A stretch of 64,000 nt of DNA from Candidatus Omnitrophota bacterium. GTDB lineage: Bacteria > Omnitrophota > Gorgyraeia > B26-G9. The stretch is from the NCBI GenBank assembly GCA_043805415.1, contig JAZDHZ010000002.1, positions 15,773-79,772 of the forward strand, written 5' to 3'. Position 1 is the first letter of the stretch; each line of letters starts with the position of its first letter. Below are positions 10,228 to 20,561 of the stretch, in pieces. The translations under genes and the position numbers were made by a program. The notes under the pieces were generated by a model. It was not told the origin of the DNA. It saw nothing but the letters and a program-made list of their open reading frames with translations, and made no database searches.

Positions 10228-10281
10228 GGATGAGAAAATTATAAATAATAAAGAAGAGATGAGAAAAGAAAAGAGAAAATA

Positions 10282-12387
10282 ATGATAGACAAAATAGAAA
10301 CAAAATTAAGCGATGATCCAATTGTTATTGAATCAGGTAAATTAGCAAAACAGGCCAATGCTTCTGTAACAGTTACTTGTGGTGGTACTGTTGTTTTGGT
10401 TACTGCTGTAATGTCAAAAGAAGCAAAGGAAAATATCGATTTCTTACCGTTAACGGTTGAATATAAAGAAAAAACTTATGCTGCTGGAAAAATCCCTGGG
10501 GGTTTCTTTAAGCGGGAAGGCCGGTCTTCGGAAAAGGAAATATTGACATCAAGACTTATTGACCGTCCAATACGTCCTTTGTTCCCTAAAGGTTTTTATA
10601 ATGAAATCCAAATTTTTGCTATGGTTCTTTCTTGTGATGGGGTTAATGATCCGGATATTTTGTCAATAATCGGGGCTTCAACCGCGCTAACTATATCAGA
10701 TATCCCTTTTTCCGGGCCAATCGGCGCTGTGAAAATCGGCAGGATCAATAATCAGTTTATTGTTAATCCTACTTTTGAGCAGGTTAAAGAAAGTGATTTA
10801 GAAATAGTGATTGCCGGTAGTAAGAATGGGATTAATATGATTGAAAGCGGCGCTTATCAGGTAAGTGAAGAAGTTATGCTTGACGCGATGCAATTTGGTT
10901 ATGAAAAGCTGCTCGGGCTGATTGCGATTCAGGAACAGTTCGCGAAAAAATGCGGGAAACAAAAAGTGCGGATTGAATTCAAACAAACTCCAAAGGGTTT
11001 ATATGAAAAAGTAAAAGAATTATCTTTGGACAGATTAAATGAAGTTTATCAGATCGGCGCTAAAGAAGAAAGAATTGAGCAATTAGCAATTATTGCCAAT
11101 GATTTAGATCAGGCATTGGTTACCGATGAATCAGATTATAGCGGGCTAGAAGTCGCCACCATGCTCGGGAAAGTGGAAAAAGAGCAGGTGCGTAAGATGA
11201 TTCTGGAAAATAAAAAGCGGGTTGATGGACGCAGTTATACAGATATTCGTCCGATAACTTCGGAAGTATCTTTTTTGCCTCAAACCCATGGTTCAGCTGT
11301 TTTTACTCGCGGTCAGACCCAGAGTTTAGGTGTAGTTACTTTGGGCACAAGCGCTGATGAGCAAAGAATTGATGCTCTAGTCGGGGAATCAACCAAGACT
11401 TTTATGCTGCATTATAACTTCCCATCATTTAGTGTTGGCGAGGTTCGTCCGATTCGCGGACCAGGACGCAGAGAGATTGGTCATGGAGCTTTAGCTGAGC
11501 GCGCATTATCGCCGGTTATGCCTTCCAAGGAAAAATTTCCTTATACCGTACGGCTGGTATCTGAAATCCTAGAATCAAATGGTTCATCAAGTATGGCAAC
11601 TGTTTGCGCTGGAACTCTGGCTTTAATGGATGCCGGCGTACCGATTCTTAAACCAGTTTCTGGTATTGCCATGGGCTTGATTAAAGAAGGCAATGACGTC
11701 GCAGTACTGACGGATATTCTGGGACTTGAAGATCATTTAGGTGACATGGATTTTAAAGTTACCGGTACCCGCGATGGAGTTACCGCGATTCAGCTTGATT
11801 CGAAAATCGAAGGGATTAATATTGAAATCCTAAAAAAAGCATTAGCTCAGGCCAAAGAAGCAAGACTTTTTATCCTGGATAAAATTGAAGAAACTTTAGC
11901 GCAGCCGCGTTCCGATATATCTAAATACGCGCCGCGGATTACGGTAATAATGGTTCCGCAGGACAAGATAAAAGATATTATCGGCCCAGGGGGGAAGATT
12001 ATAAAACAGATAGTTGCTGATACTGGGGTGAAAATTGATATTGATGATGATGGCAGAGTATCGATCGCGTCCTCAGATTCTAAAGCCTCACAAAGAGCGA
12101 TTGATATTGTTCATGGTCTTATCGCCGAAGCTGAAGTAGGGAAAATCTATGAGGGAAAAATAACCCGACTGATGAATTTCGGTGCTTTTTGTGAAATCCT
12201 GCCGAATAAAGAAGGGCTGATTCATGTTTCCGAATTAGCGGACAGCTTTGTTAAAAATGTTGAAGATGTGGTAAAAGTCGGAGACAGGGTTAAAGTCAAA
12301 GTTATTGAAGTGGATAAAATGAAGCGGGTAAACCTGAGCATCAAACAGGCTATGCCAAAAAAAGAAAACCCAGCTTCAGCTGAGTAA
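10282..12387 (+). CDS. pnp: Polyribonucleotide nucleotidyltransferase (PNPase)
   Basis: [53 protein letters not shown] and S1 domains. Confidence 0.98.
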   Translation: MIDKIETKLSDDPIVIESGKLAKQANASVTVTCGGTVVLVTAVMSKEAKENIDFLPLTVEYKEKTYAAGKIPGGFFKREGRSSEKEILTSRLIDRPIRPLFPKGFYNEIQIFAMVLSCDGVNDPDILSIIGASTALTISDIPFSGPIGAVKIGRINNQFIVNPTFEQVKESDLEIVIAGSKNGINMIESGAYQVSEEVMLDAMQFGYEKLLGLIAIQEQFAKKCGKQKVRIEFKQTPKGLYEKVKELSLDRLNEVYQIGAKEERIEQLAIIANDLDQALVTDESDYSGLEVATMLGKVEKEQVRKMILENKKRVDGRSYTDIRPITSEVSFLPQTHGSAVFTRGQTQSLGVVTLGTSADEQRIDALVGESTKTFMLHYNFPSFSVGEVRPIRGPGRREIGHGALAERALSPVMPSKEKFPYTVRLVSEILESNGSSSMATVCAGTLALMDAGVPILKPVSGIAMGLIKEGNDVAVLTDILGLEDHLGDMDFKVTGTRDGVTAIQLDSKIEGINIEILKKALAQAKEARLFILDKIEETLAQPRSDISKYAPRITVIMVPQDKIKDIIGPGGKIIKQIVADTGVKIDIDDDGRVSIASSDSKASQRAIDIVHGLIAEAEVGKIYEGKITRLMNFGAFCEILPNKEGLIHVSELADSFVKNVEDVVKVGDRVKVKVIEVDKMKRVNLSIKQAMPKKENPASAE

Positions 12388-12403
12388 GGATAATAATAAC
12401 TGT

Positions 12404-12853
12404 ATGGATACCATTTCAGTTAAAATAAAACAAAAAGAAAACTGTGCTGATTTGCCGCTGCCCGCTTATATGAGCAGCGGCTCAGCCGGCATGGATCTTT
12501 ATGCTGATGTCGATGGCGAAGTTACGCTTGAGCCTGGGCAAATAAAACTGATCTCCGCGGGTATTTATATTAGTTTGCCTGAGGGCTATGAAGCGCAAAT
12601 TAGACCACGCAGCGGCTTGGCAGTCAAACATGGTATTGGCATTGTTAATAGTCCTGGGACGATTGACGCGGATTATCGCGGTTTAATTAATATAATTATG
12701 ATTAATTTTGGGACAGAGCCTTATAAGATTAAACGAACAAGCCGCATAGCGCAAATGGTAATAAATAAAATTACCCAAGCGGAATTTGAAGTTGTTAATG
12801 AACTTGATCGAACTGTACGCAATACTGGGGGGTTCGGCCATACTGGAGTATAA
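12404..12853 (+). CDS. dut: dUTP diphosphatase
   Basis: [32 protein letters not shown]. Confidence 0.97.
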   Translation: MDTISVKIKQKENCADLPLPAYMSSGSAGMDLYADVDGEVTLEPGQIKLISAGIYISLPEGYEAQIRPRSGLAVKHGIGIVNSPGTIDADYRGLINIIMINFGTEPYKIKRTSRIAQMVINKITQAEFEVVNELDRTVRNTGGFGHTGV

Positions 12854-12856
12854 TCC

Positions 12857-15142
12857 ATGAGTGAAAAACAAGTCAGGGTAATGTGGGCGGTTATCCTTTT
12901 TGGAATTTGTGCTTTTTTATTGATCAGTTTTTTATCCTACGATCCATCAGATATTCTATTCAATACTTCAAGTCCTAATCTGCATCTAAAGAATTTTAGC
13001 GGTTATGCCGGCGCGTATCTTGTTTGGGGCTTGCTATTGGCTTTTGGCTGGGGAGCATATTTTATCCCGGCGCTTTTTTGTTTGTGGGCAATTGGGAAAA
13101 TAATGGGTCGGATAACCGAGAATTTCTACGCGAAATTCTTCGGTTTCTTTTTTGTTATTTGGTCTTTTTCCGCGATGATGAGCACGCTTACTTCTTCATA
13201 TAATGTCAGCCGGATGGCAACCGGAGGAGTTTTGGGATTTTACACTTCTTTAATGCTGACAAAGTATTTTGGCGAAGTAGGCACCATGATCATTCTGGGT
13301 ACTATTTTTATCCTGTCCTTATTATTAGCTACAGAGTTTCTTATTGTGCCGATTGTTTTGCAGGCTTCAAAAAGCTTACTGCAAATTTTTAGACTAGCTA
13401 GCTTATTTAAAAATAATAAGACCCTGCCAGCCAAACAATCTCGACCCGCTCGGATTAAAAGAAAAATTGAATCTGAATTTGCCGAAGAGGAAGAATACGA
13501 AGAAGATGACTCTGCGGAAATTGTTTCAGCTAAAAAGCGGAAAAAAAAGAAAAATCTACCGGCAAAAGAAGCAATGGTTAGTAAGTTTTTAAACTCAGTC
13601 ATCAAGAAAAAGCCGACAATAAAAGAAAAACCAAAAAAAGAAGTACCGCGAATTTTTGCCCAAAAATTTGTCGGCGATTATAAACTGCCGCCGCTTGATT
13701 TATTGCATAATCCGCCTCCGATAGAAGAAAGACTGATTAAAGATGATCTGGAAGGCAATTCAAGAATTCTGGAAGAAACTTTGCGTGATTTTAATATTGA
13801 GGTTAAAGTTACCGCTGTAGAGCAAGGACCGGTATTGACCCGATATGAACTTCAGCCGGCTCCGGGAGTAAAAATCAACCAAATTATGAATCTGGGAGAC
13901 GATATTGCTTTGAATTTAAAAGCGCCGAGTGTGCATATCGTCGCGCCGATTCCCGGCAAAGGAACAGTGGGCGTTGATGTTCCCAATATAAAAGCAACAC
14001 TGGTTTTCCTTAAGGAATTACTGGAAACTCCGGAATTTCAGGACTCAGTTTCTAAAGTTACGCTAGCTCTGGGCAAAGATATTTCCGGTAATCCGCTGGT
14101 TGCTGATTTAGCGGCCATGCCGCATTTGATGATTGCCGGCACTACTGGCGCGGGAAAAACAGTATGTGTGAATATATTGATCATGAGTATATTGTTTCAA
14201 GCCAGTCCGGAAGAAGTAAAATTAATTTTGGTTGATCCGAAAATGGTTGAAATGGCAATGTATAATGGCTTGCCGCATTTGATTTGTCCGGTTATTAATG
14301 ATGTTAAAAAAGCAGCCGGGGCTCTTGAATGGGCAGTTTCGGAAATGGAAGACCGCTATAAATTATTGGCTAAGGTAGGCGCTAGAAATATCGCGGGTTA
14401 TAATCAAAAATTAAAAGACGGACTCAAGGAAATAACTGATGGCGACAAAATAATTCCTTTGGCCTTGATGCCTTATATTGTGATCATTATTGATGAATTA
14501 GCGGATATGATGCTGCTTAGCCCTAAAGAGGTAGAAGCATCGATTACGCGTTTAGCGCAGCTTTCAAGAGCGATTGGAATTCATTTAGTTTTAGCTACCC
14601 AACGTCCTTCAGTCGATGTTATCACCGGGCTGATTAAAGCTAATTTTCCCGCAAGAATTTCGTTTCGCGTTGCCAGCAAGATAGACTCAAGAACTGTTTT
14701 GGATATGAACGGAGCGGATAAACTTCTGGGTAAAGGAGATTTGCTTTTCCTGAAACCTGGAAATTTTAAATTAATCCGCGCTCAGTCAGCGCTGGTTAAT
14801 GATGATGAAATCGAAAAAACCGTGAATTTCTGTAAACAACAGCGTACGGCAGTTTATTCCGATGAAATTTTAAAAGACCCGGTAAAAATGTTTGCCAGTT
14901 CCGGTAAGCATAAAAAAGATGCTTTGTTTGAAGAAGCGGCAAAGTTAGTCATTAATTCCCAACAAGCTTCGGTTTCCATGCTGCAGCGGAGGCTTAGATT
15001 GGGATATTCAAGAGCAGCGCGTTTAATTGATATGATGGAAGAAGAAGGCATTGTCGGCGCTTTTCGCGGATCAAAAGCCAGGGAAATATTAGTCGATAGC
15101 TGGGATGATATTGCTTTGTCCATGCAGGAAAATGAAGAATAA
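12857..15142 (+). CDS. ftsK: DNA translocase FtsK
   Basis: N-terminal 4TM region, PHLMIAGTTGAGKT, DPKMVE, IDELAD, ATQRPSVDVITG, gamma domain SVSMLQRRLRLGYSRAARLID. Confidence 0.97.
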   Translation: MSEKQVRVMWAVILFGICAFLLISFLSYDPSDILFNTSSPNLHLKNFSGYAGAYLVWGLLLAFGWGAYFIPALFCLWAIGKIMGRITENFYAKFFGFFFVIWSFSAMMSTLTSSYNVSRMATGGVLGFYTSLMLTKYFGEVGTMIILGTIFILSLLLATEFLIVPIVLQASKSLLQIFRLASLFKNNKTLPAKQSRPARIKRKIESEFAEEEEYEEDDSAEIVSAKKRKKKKNLPAKEAMVSKFLNSVIKKKPTIKEKPKKEVPRIFAQKFVGDYKLPPLDLLHNPPPIEERLIKDDLEGNSRILEETLRDFNIEVKVTAVEQGPVLTRYELQPAPGVKINQIMNLGDDIALNLKAPSVHIVAPIPGKGTVGVDVPNIKATLVFLKELLETPEFQDSVSKVTLALGKDISGNPLVADLAAMPHLMIAGTTGAGKTVCVNILIMSILFQASPEEVKLILVDPKMVEMAMYNGLPHLICPVINDVKKAAGALEWAVSEMEDRYKLLAKVGARNIAGYNQKLKDGLKEITDGDKIIPLALMPYIVIIIDELADMMLLSPKEVEASITRLAQLSRAIGIHLVLATQRPSVDVITGLIKANFPARISFRVASKIDSRTVLDMNGADKLLGKGDLLFLKPGNFKLIRAQSALVNDDEIEKTVNFCKQQRTAVYSDEILKDPVKMFASSGKHKKDALFEEAAKLVINSQQASVSMLQRRLRLGYSRAARLIDMMEEEGIVGAFRGSKAREILVDSWDDIALSMQENEE

Positions 15143-15172
15143 AATAATATGAAGCAACTAGATAATTTAAAT

Positions 15173-15202
15173 GGCCGAGAGAAGGTTCTCGGTCTTTAAT
15201 TT
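15173..15202 (+). terminator. Possible intrinsic terminator after ftsK
   Basis: GGCCGAGA-gaaggt-TCTCGGTC stem followed by TTTAATTT. Confidence 0.5.
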
Positions 15203-15278
15203 GTGTGAGTTTACGAGTTATTGAGTTGACGCACTAACCGCTGTGCAAACGGCTAGTTCTATTCCTAAAAGGTTTAAA

Positions 15279-16595
15279 ATGAAGGTAGCGCTTATTAGTT
15301 TAGGTTGCTCTAAAAATCTGGTTGATTCTGAGATCATGCTGGGTTTTCTTAAAAAAGCGGGATTTACGATTAAGGATGACCCGAATGGGGTTGATGTGGC
15401 GATTGTAAATACTTGCGCTTTTATTAATGATGCTAAACAAGAAGCAATTGATGAAATACTCGCTTTAGTTGAATTGAAAAAGAAAAAGAGGCTGAAAAAA
15501 ATTATTGTTGCCGGGTGTCTGCCGCAAAGATACAGTCAGGATTTGCCGGAATTATTAAAAGAAGTTGATGGTTTTATCGGACCGGGAAGCATTGATAAAA
15601 TTGTTAATGTGGTTAAAACTATTAAACAGAACAAGTGCGCATCTATTGCTCAAGAAAACCACTACCTATATAAACATACAACTCCGCGGCTGTCTTTGAC
15701 TCCCAAACATTATGCTTATGTTAAAATTGCTGATGGCTGTGACAATCGCTGCAGTTATTGTGTTATTCCTCAAATTCGGGGCGCTTACCGCTCGCGAACC
15801 ATTGAATCGATTGTAGCCGAAGCCAAAGCTTTGGTTAAAAAAGGGGTAAAAGAGATTAATTTAATCAGTCAGGATTCAACTTTTTATGGACAGGATATAT
15901 ATAAAAAATTTAGTCTTGATTTGCTGTTAAAGCAGCTGGTTAAAATAAAAGATTTATTTTGGATAAGAATTTTATATTCCCATCCATTGCATTTTAATAA
16001 ATCGTTGCTGAAGATCATAAGAGACGAACCTAAAATTTGTAAGTATATAGACTTGCCCATCCAACATATAAATGATAAGATGCTGAAATTAATGGGACGC
16101 AAGGTGACAAAAGCGCGGATTAAGCTTTTGCTTCAGGATATCCGGACTGCGCTTCCGGATGTTGCTTTGCGCACTTCATTGATCGTGGGTTTTCCCCAGG
16201 AAACAGAAGCTGATTTTAAGGAATTATATGATTTTGTCAAAACTGCTCAGTTTGAACGCTTAGGAGTTTTTACTTATTCGCAAGAAGAGAATACAGTTGC
16301 CGCGGAATTAAAGGGACAAATTCCTCAGCTAATAAAGCAAAGCAGATTAAAAAAAATAATGACTTTGCAGCAAAAAATTGTAGAGGAAAAACACAATGCG
16401 CTTATTGGCCGAGAAATCGATGTTTTAATTGAAACTGTTTTGGAAAAAGGTCTTGCCTCCGGACGCAGTCAATTTGATGCTCCGGATGTGGATGGATTGA
16501 TTTATGTGAAAGGTAAAAAAATAAAAGTAGGAGATATGCTGAAAGTTAAAATCACGGATAATATGGTTTATGATCTGATTGGGGACAAACGATGA
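15279..16595 (+). CDS. rimO: Ribosomal protein S12 methylthiotransferase
   Basis: SLGCSKNLVDSE, NTCAFI, radical SAM GCDNRCSYC, C-terminal TRAM with APDVDG. Confidence 0.95.
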   Translation: MKVALISLGCSKNLVDSEIMLGFLKKAGFTIKDDPNGVDVAIVNTCAFINDAKQEAIDEILALVELKKKKRLKKIIVAGCLPQRYSQDLPELLKEVDGFIGPGSIDKIVNVVKTIKQNKCASIAQENHYLYKHTTPRLSLTPKHYAYVKIADGCDNRCSYCVIPQIRGAYRSRTIESIVAEAKALVKKGVKEINLISQDSTFYGQDIYKKFSLDLLLKQLVKIKDLFWIRILYSHPLHFNKSLLKIIRDEPKICKYIDLPIQHINDKMLKLMGRKVTKARIKLLLQDIRTALPDVALRTSLIVGFPQETEADFKELYDFVKTAQFERLGVFTYSQEENTVAAELKGQIPQLIKQSRLKKIMTLQQKIVEEKHNALIGREIDVLIETVLEKGLASGRSQFDAPDVDGLIYVKGKKIKVGDMLKVKITDNMVYDLIGDKR

Positions 16596-17170
16596 ATTTG
16601 CCGAATAAATTAACAGTATTGCGGATTGTATTGAGTTTTTTCTTCATGTTTTTTATTTTTTCAAACGGGCTTATGTTCAAAGCATTGGCTTTTGCTGTTT
16701 TTACGCTCGCGGCAATAACTGATTTTCTTGACGGATATATTGCCCGTAAATATAATTTAATCACTGATTTGGGCAAGCTGCTTGACCCCATAGCAGATAA
16801 AATTTTGGTTTTGACTGCTTTTCTAGCTTTTGTCCATATGCGGATTATTGCTGTCTGGATGGTGCTAATAATAATATTCCGTGAATTATTAATTACCGGA
16901 ATAAGGATGATTTTAGCCAGAAAAGGCAGAGTTATTGCCGCTTCAGTATGGGGCAAATATAAGACTGTTGCTCAGATAATTTCGATTTTTGTTATTTTGA
17001 GCTTTATTGTTTTAAAAGAACTTGGGGTTAATAAATACAATTTTTGGGATCACCGTATGGAAACTATATCCAGAACAAGTATAAATCTGCTGATGTATAT
17101 TACGATCATATTGACCTTGATATCCGGAATAACTTATCTTACGGCAAATAAAAATGCATTCAAGAGCTGA
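16592..17170 (+). CDS. pgsA: CDP-diacylglycerol--glycerol-3-phosphate 3-phosphatidyltransferase
   Basis: NLPNKLT, TDFLDGYIARK..GKLLDPIADK, GKYKT. Confidence 0.95.
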   Translation: MNLPNKLTVLRIVLSFFFMFFIFSNGLMFKALAFAVFTLAAITDFLDGYIARKYNLITDLGKLLDPIADKILVLTAFLAFVHMRIIAVWMVLIIIFRELLITGIRMILARKGRVIAASVWGKYKTVAQIISIFVILSFIVLKELGVNKYNFWDHRMETISRTSINLLMYITIILTLISGITYLTANKNAFKS

Positions 17171-17621
17171 AAAACTTATTAAAATGATAGTAACTTTTTT
17201 TTACCTTGGATATGTTCCGTATATGCCGGGAACATTTGGGGCTTTAGCCGGAGTTATAATTTTTCTTTTTCTGGGCAGCAGCAGTTTTATTTATGTTCTA
17301 ACTACCATTCTAATTACGCTTATTGGGTTTATTTTTTGTGGTTCTGGAGAAAAAGTGTTTTTCCAAAAAGATCCTTCTTGTATTATTATTGATGAAGTAA
17401 GCGGGATGCTTGTCTGCTATTGTTTTCTGCCAATTACTTTATTTAATGTTATTGCCGGCTTTATTCTGTTTAGAATATTTGATATTTTCAAGCCGTTTTA
17501 TATAAAACGCGTGGAAAAGATTAAAGGCAGCGCGGGCATAATGCTTGATGATCTGTTTGCTGCCGGTTATGTGGTGATCCTGTTGCAAATTATTCAGGCT
17601 TGCCGCAGATTGCTGACTTAA
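17154..17621 (+). CDS. pgpA: Phosphatidylglycerophosphatase A
   Basis: PGTFGAL, DPSCIIIDEVSG, FRIFDIFKP, GIMLDD. Confidence 0.93.
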   Translation: MHSRAEKLIKMIVTFFYLGYVPYMPGTFGALAGVIIFLFLGSSSFIYVLTTILITLIGFIFCGSGEKVFFQKDPSCIIIDEVSGMLVCYCFLPITLFNVIAGFILFRIFDIFKPFYIKRVEKIKGSAGIMLDDLFAAGYVVILLQIIQACRRLLT

Positions 17622-17638
17622 TAAATCAGCAAAAACGT

Positions 17639-18211
17639 TTAAATCTTGCCTAATTGTACTTCGGAAATTTTAGTGTAAATAGCTCCCTTAGGGGTAGTCT
17701 CGCTTTTATAGAGAATAAGTTTGCTTATCTCTTCGCTGGCAATGCGCAGTTTTATCTTATCAATCATCTCAGCCAGCTCAGATTTATTTTTAATTGATTT
17801 TATCCGAGCTAAAGTAATATGCGGATGAAAGTGCTTATCTTCGTATTTAAGCTTCATTGAGCTTAATTCATTTGAAACTAAAGTGTTAATTTGAGTTACT
17901 TGGCTGTATCCGCTGCCTATTCCAGCCCAAAGAATATGAGGATCAGAGATATAAGGGAATACCCCCAAAACGCTTAGAGAAATGGGAAAACTCTTTAATT
18001 TTTTGGCAATTTTTTCGTTTATTTGCACAATAATATTTACTTGCTCCTGGGTAATATCACCCAGGAATCGGATACTGATGTGTAGATTCTCAGGTCGTAT
18101 CCAAGCGATTTCGCCTGGGAGCTGCATGAGTTGTTTTTGAATTTCTTTAAGTTCCTCTTGCAGTTCCGAGCTTATTTCTAGGGCTATAAATGCGCGGATT
18201 TCTTTTTGCAT
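17639..18211 (-). CDS. thpR: RNA 2',3'-cyclic phosphodiesterase (2H family)
   Basis: RAFIA, ENLHISIRFLG, PHITLAR, LYKS..TPKGAIY. Confidence 0.92.
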   Translation of the reverse strand: MQKEIRAFIALEISSELQEELKEIQKQLMQLPGEIAWIRPENLHISIRFLGDITQEQVNIIVQINEKIAKKLKSFPISLSVLGVFPYISDPHILWAGIGSGYSQVTQINTLVSNELSSMKLKYEDKHFHPHITLARIKSIKNKSELAEMIDKIKLRIASEEISKLILYKSETTPKGAIYTKISEVQLGKI

Positions 18212-18288
18212 AAAACTTATTATAGTGCAGATTGAAATTTAAGGCAAGTAAATTCAGCTTTAATCCGCGTATTTACGAAAGTTTTGAC

Positions 18289-18317
18289 TTGAAAAAAAAG
18301 CATCTCCGCAGTAATAT
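18289..18317 (+). promoter_or_regulatory. Putative sigma70 promoter
   Basis: TTGAAA-17 bp-TAATAT upstream of SD GGAG and ATG 18360. Confidence 0.45.
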
Positions 18318-18359
18318 AAGAATGTATAGAAGTAATTTGTATAACTTTGGAGATATAAA

Positions 18360-18728
18360 ATGTTTAGGGTTAAAGTGGATTCTTTGTCTAATCTCATTTC
18401 TCTGCGTTTTTCTGGAGAATTTGACGCTGGACAAGGAAAGGCTTTATCGGCTTTATTTGCTGAACAGCTTAATAAGCTTAAGCCTGGTTTTAAACTGTTA
18501 ACCGATCTTTCAAAACTAACAAGCATGGAAGTAGAAGCGTATAAAAGTATATATAATATAATGGATTTATCTAATAGAAAAGGGGTTGCTCAGGTAGTGC
18601 GGGTACTTGCTAATAAGGATTTAGATATTGGTTTTAATATAATGTCTTTATTCCATTATTCTAAAAGCGTTGAGATTCAAACTTGTTCTACCCTTAAGGA
18701 AGCTAAAACAATTGTCAGGAGGAAATAA
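18360..18728 (+). CDS. Hypothetical protein, STAS/SpoIIAA-like fold suggested
   Basis: SD GGAG; alpha/beta pattern with LRFSGEF, LLTDLS and C-terminal TLKEA, typical of SpoIIAA-like proteins. Confidence 0.65.
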   Translation: MFRVKVDSLSNLISLRFSGEFDAGQGKALSALFAEQLNKLKPGFKLLTDLSKLTSMEVEAYKSIYNIMDLSNRKGVAQVVRVLANKDLDIGFNIMSLFHYSKSVEIQTCSTLKEAKTIVRRK

Positions 18729-19085
18729 ATGGCGTCGCTTAATATGGAAGGTCCTTACTTGCTTGTGCCAGATAAGATTGATGAAGTTGTTTCGGGGATG
18801 AACCCAGGAGCATTTGCTTTAGGCTATATTTCTGATGCTAATTTTGTCGTGGTTTATGTCGGACGTTCGGATAAAAATTTAAATGAGGAACTTAAACAAT
18901 GGGTTTACCGAAAGAGTGATTGCCTGTTTTTCAAGTATTACTTTTCCAAAACTGCGCGGGATGCATTTGAAAAAGAGTGCATTTGTTATCATGATTTTGG
19001 CGAAATAAAGCTTAAGTGTGAGCAGCATCCGCAGCGAACTGAGGGTGCGGATTGGAAATGTCCCAGATGTGATATTTATCAATAA
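18729..19085 (+). CDS. Hypothetical protein, remote GIY-YIG-like with Cys/His C-terminus
   Basis: SD AGGAGG; PGAFALG...YVGRSD, AFEKEC..YHDF, HP...CPRC. Confidence 0.65.
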   Translation: MASLNMEGPYLLVPDKIDEVVSGMNPGAFALGYISDANFVVVYVGRSDKNLNEELKQWVYRKSDCLFFKYYFSKTARDAFEKECICYHDFGEIKLKCEQHPQRTEGADWKCPRCDIYQ

Positions 19086-19171
19086 TTATTTGAATAATAA
19101 GTAGGGATGTTTCTGGCTTTATTTAAAACTAAAGTTTTAAGACAGGTTTAAGCGGAAAATAGAAAAAGAAA

Positions 19172-19654
19172 ATGTCAAATAAAAACCAAGATGAATATTT
19201 CATGAAAAAAGCGATAAACTGCGCCAAGCAAGGAGTGAGTAAAGGACAAACTCCTTTTGGGGCTTGTATTGTAAAAGATGAGAAAGTTGTATCTTTGGCG
19301 CATAATCAAGTTTGGGCAAATAATGATATTACGGCACACGCAGAGATTATGGCTATCCGCGCTGCTTGTAAAAAACTAAAATCTATTAGCCTTAAAGGGG
19401 CAATGATTTATTCAACCTGTGAGCCTTGTCCAATGTGTTTCGCGGCAGTTCATTGGTCAGGAATTTCAACTATTGTTTATGGCGCGGGAATTAAAGATGC
19501 AAAAAAAATCGGTTTTAATGAATTAGCGATTTCAAATCTAAAACTAAAGAAAATTGGCGCAAGTAATATTAAACTAGTTAAAAATATTTTGTTAAAAGAA
19601 AATCTTGAGCTATTTAAATTCTGGGTTGGTTTATCTGAAAATAAGGTCTATTAA
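19172..19654 (+). CDS. Zn-dependent nucleoside/guanine deaminase (CDA superfamily, GuaD-like)
   Basis: PFGACIV, HAE and EPCPMC zinc-binding motifs. Confidence 0.9.
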   Translation: MSNKNQDEYFMKKAINCAKQGVSKGQTPFGACIVKDEKVVSLAHNQVWANNDITAHAEIMAIRAACKKLKSISLKGAMIYSTCEPCPMCFAAVHWSGISTIVYGAGIKDAKKIGFNELAISNLKLKKIGASNIKLVKNILLKENLELFKFWVGLSENKVY

Positions 19655-19666
19655 TAAGGAGTTTTT

Positions 19667-20338
19667 GTGAGATTTAAAATACAGCTGATAAAGAGCTTTT
19701 GTCTGGTGAGTTTTCTTGGTCTTGTTTTTACGCTGAATGTTTTTGCTGGTTTGAGTGAGGCGGAGCGCGATGAGCTGCAGCGGTTACAGGTTTTAGTGGA
19801 AAAGAATGCGGAAATCTCAGAAGGGCAAATGCAAAGATGGGAAGAGCTGCTGTTAAAAGATCCGGATAATCTGAAAAAAATCCGGCAAAAGGAAATCAAT
19901 AAATGGGCTGATTCGCTTAGGGCCCAAGGTAAAGAAGTTGATCAAGTCAGTATTGATCGGCAATCCGAAGCTCAGTGGCAGGATTTCTTAAAAGAAAAAG
20001 ATAAAAAGTTAATGGCTTTAAATGAAAATAATATGGTCCTGCTTTTAGGTCAAATCCGCGATGCTTGCCGTATTCTAAACCAGAAAGAAGAGGCTTATCC
20101 CGCGGATTTAAATACGCTGATGCTTAATAATCAAACAATTATCGAGCCGGCTTTAGAAATAAAACTAAAAAAAATATATTCTATTCGTTATGAAAAAACT
20201 TATGACAGTTACCGCGTCTTCGCATTTCCTCTGGATGCGGAGAATAAAGGGAATAAAAAATTTTTACTGGATAAGGATATTATATATTTCACATTAGACG
20301 GATCTACTCCCACGCTTCAGAGCAATAGGATACTTTAA
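19667..20338 (+). CDS. Exported hypothetical protein (signal peptide, coiled coil, pilin-head-like C-terminus)
   Basis: SD AAGGAG with GTG start; N-terminus ends NVFA; helical charged middle region. Confidence 0.7.
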   Translation: MRFKIQLIKSFCLVSFLGLVFTLNVFAGLSEAERDELQRLQVLVEKNAEISEGQMQRWEELLLKDPDNLKKIRQKEINKWADSLRAQGKEVDQVSIDRQSEAQWQDFLKEKDKKLMALNENNMVLLLGQIRDACRILNQKEEAYPADLNTLMLNNQTIIEPALEIKLKKIYSIRYEKTYDSYRVFAFPLDAENKGNKKFLLDKDIIYFTLDGSTPTLQSNRIL

Positions 20339-20488
20339 GTTATAATTAAATTTTCTTACCGGTGATATCAATCTCTAGCAACTGCCTGTCTGCTTTCTGA
20401 ATATCTTTTTAAAAATATGCTGAATTATGCAAAACCGGTATTTCCTAAATCCCCTTAAAATGCAGGTTATTTGTATTGATTGCCTACC

Positions 20489-20516
20489 TTGCGTTTTTTC
20501 GATTATATGGTATACT
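20489..20516 (+). promoter_or_regulatory. Putative sigma70 promoter
   Basis: TTGCGT-16 bp-TATACT with TGn; SD AAGGAG before ATG 20562. Confidence 0.55.
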
Positions 20517-20561
20517 TTTTAAAATTTGCGCAATAAGCGTATTTAATATAAGGAGAATAAT

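Noticed and set aside
10228-10281. GATGAGAAAA direct repeat between rpsO and pnp
   Set aside because: Purine-rich low-complexity spacer with no stem; likely chance.
18232-18526. 89-aa (+) and 88-aa (-) ORFs
   Set aside because: They overlap the promoter and the better-supported ORF at 18360, and lack an SD.
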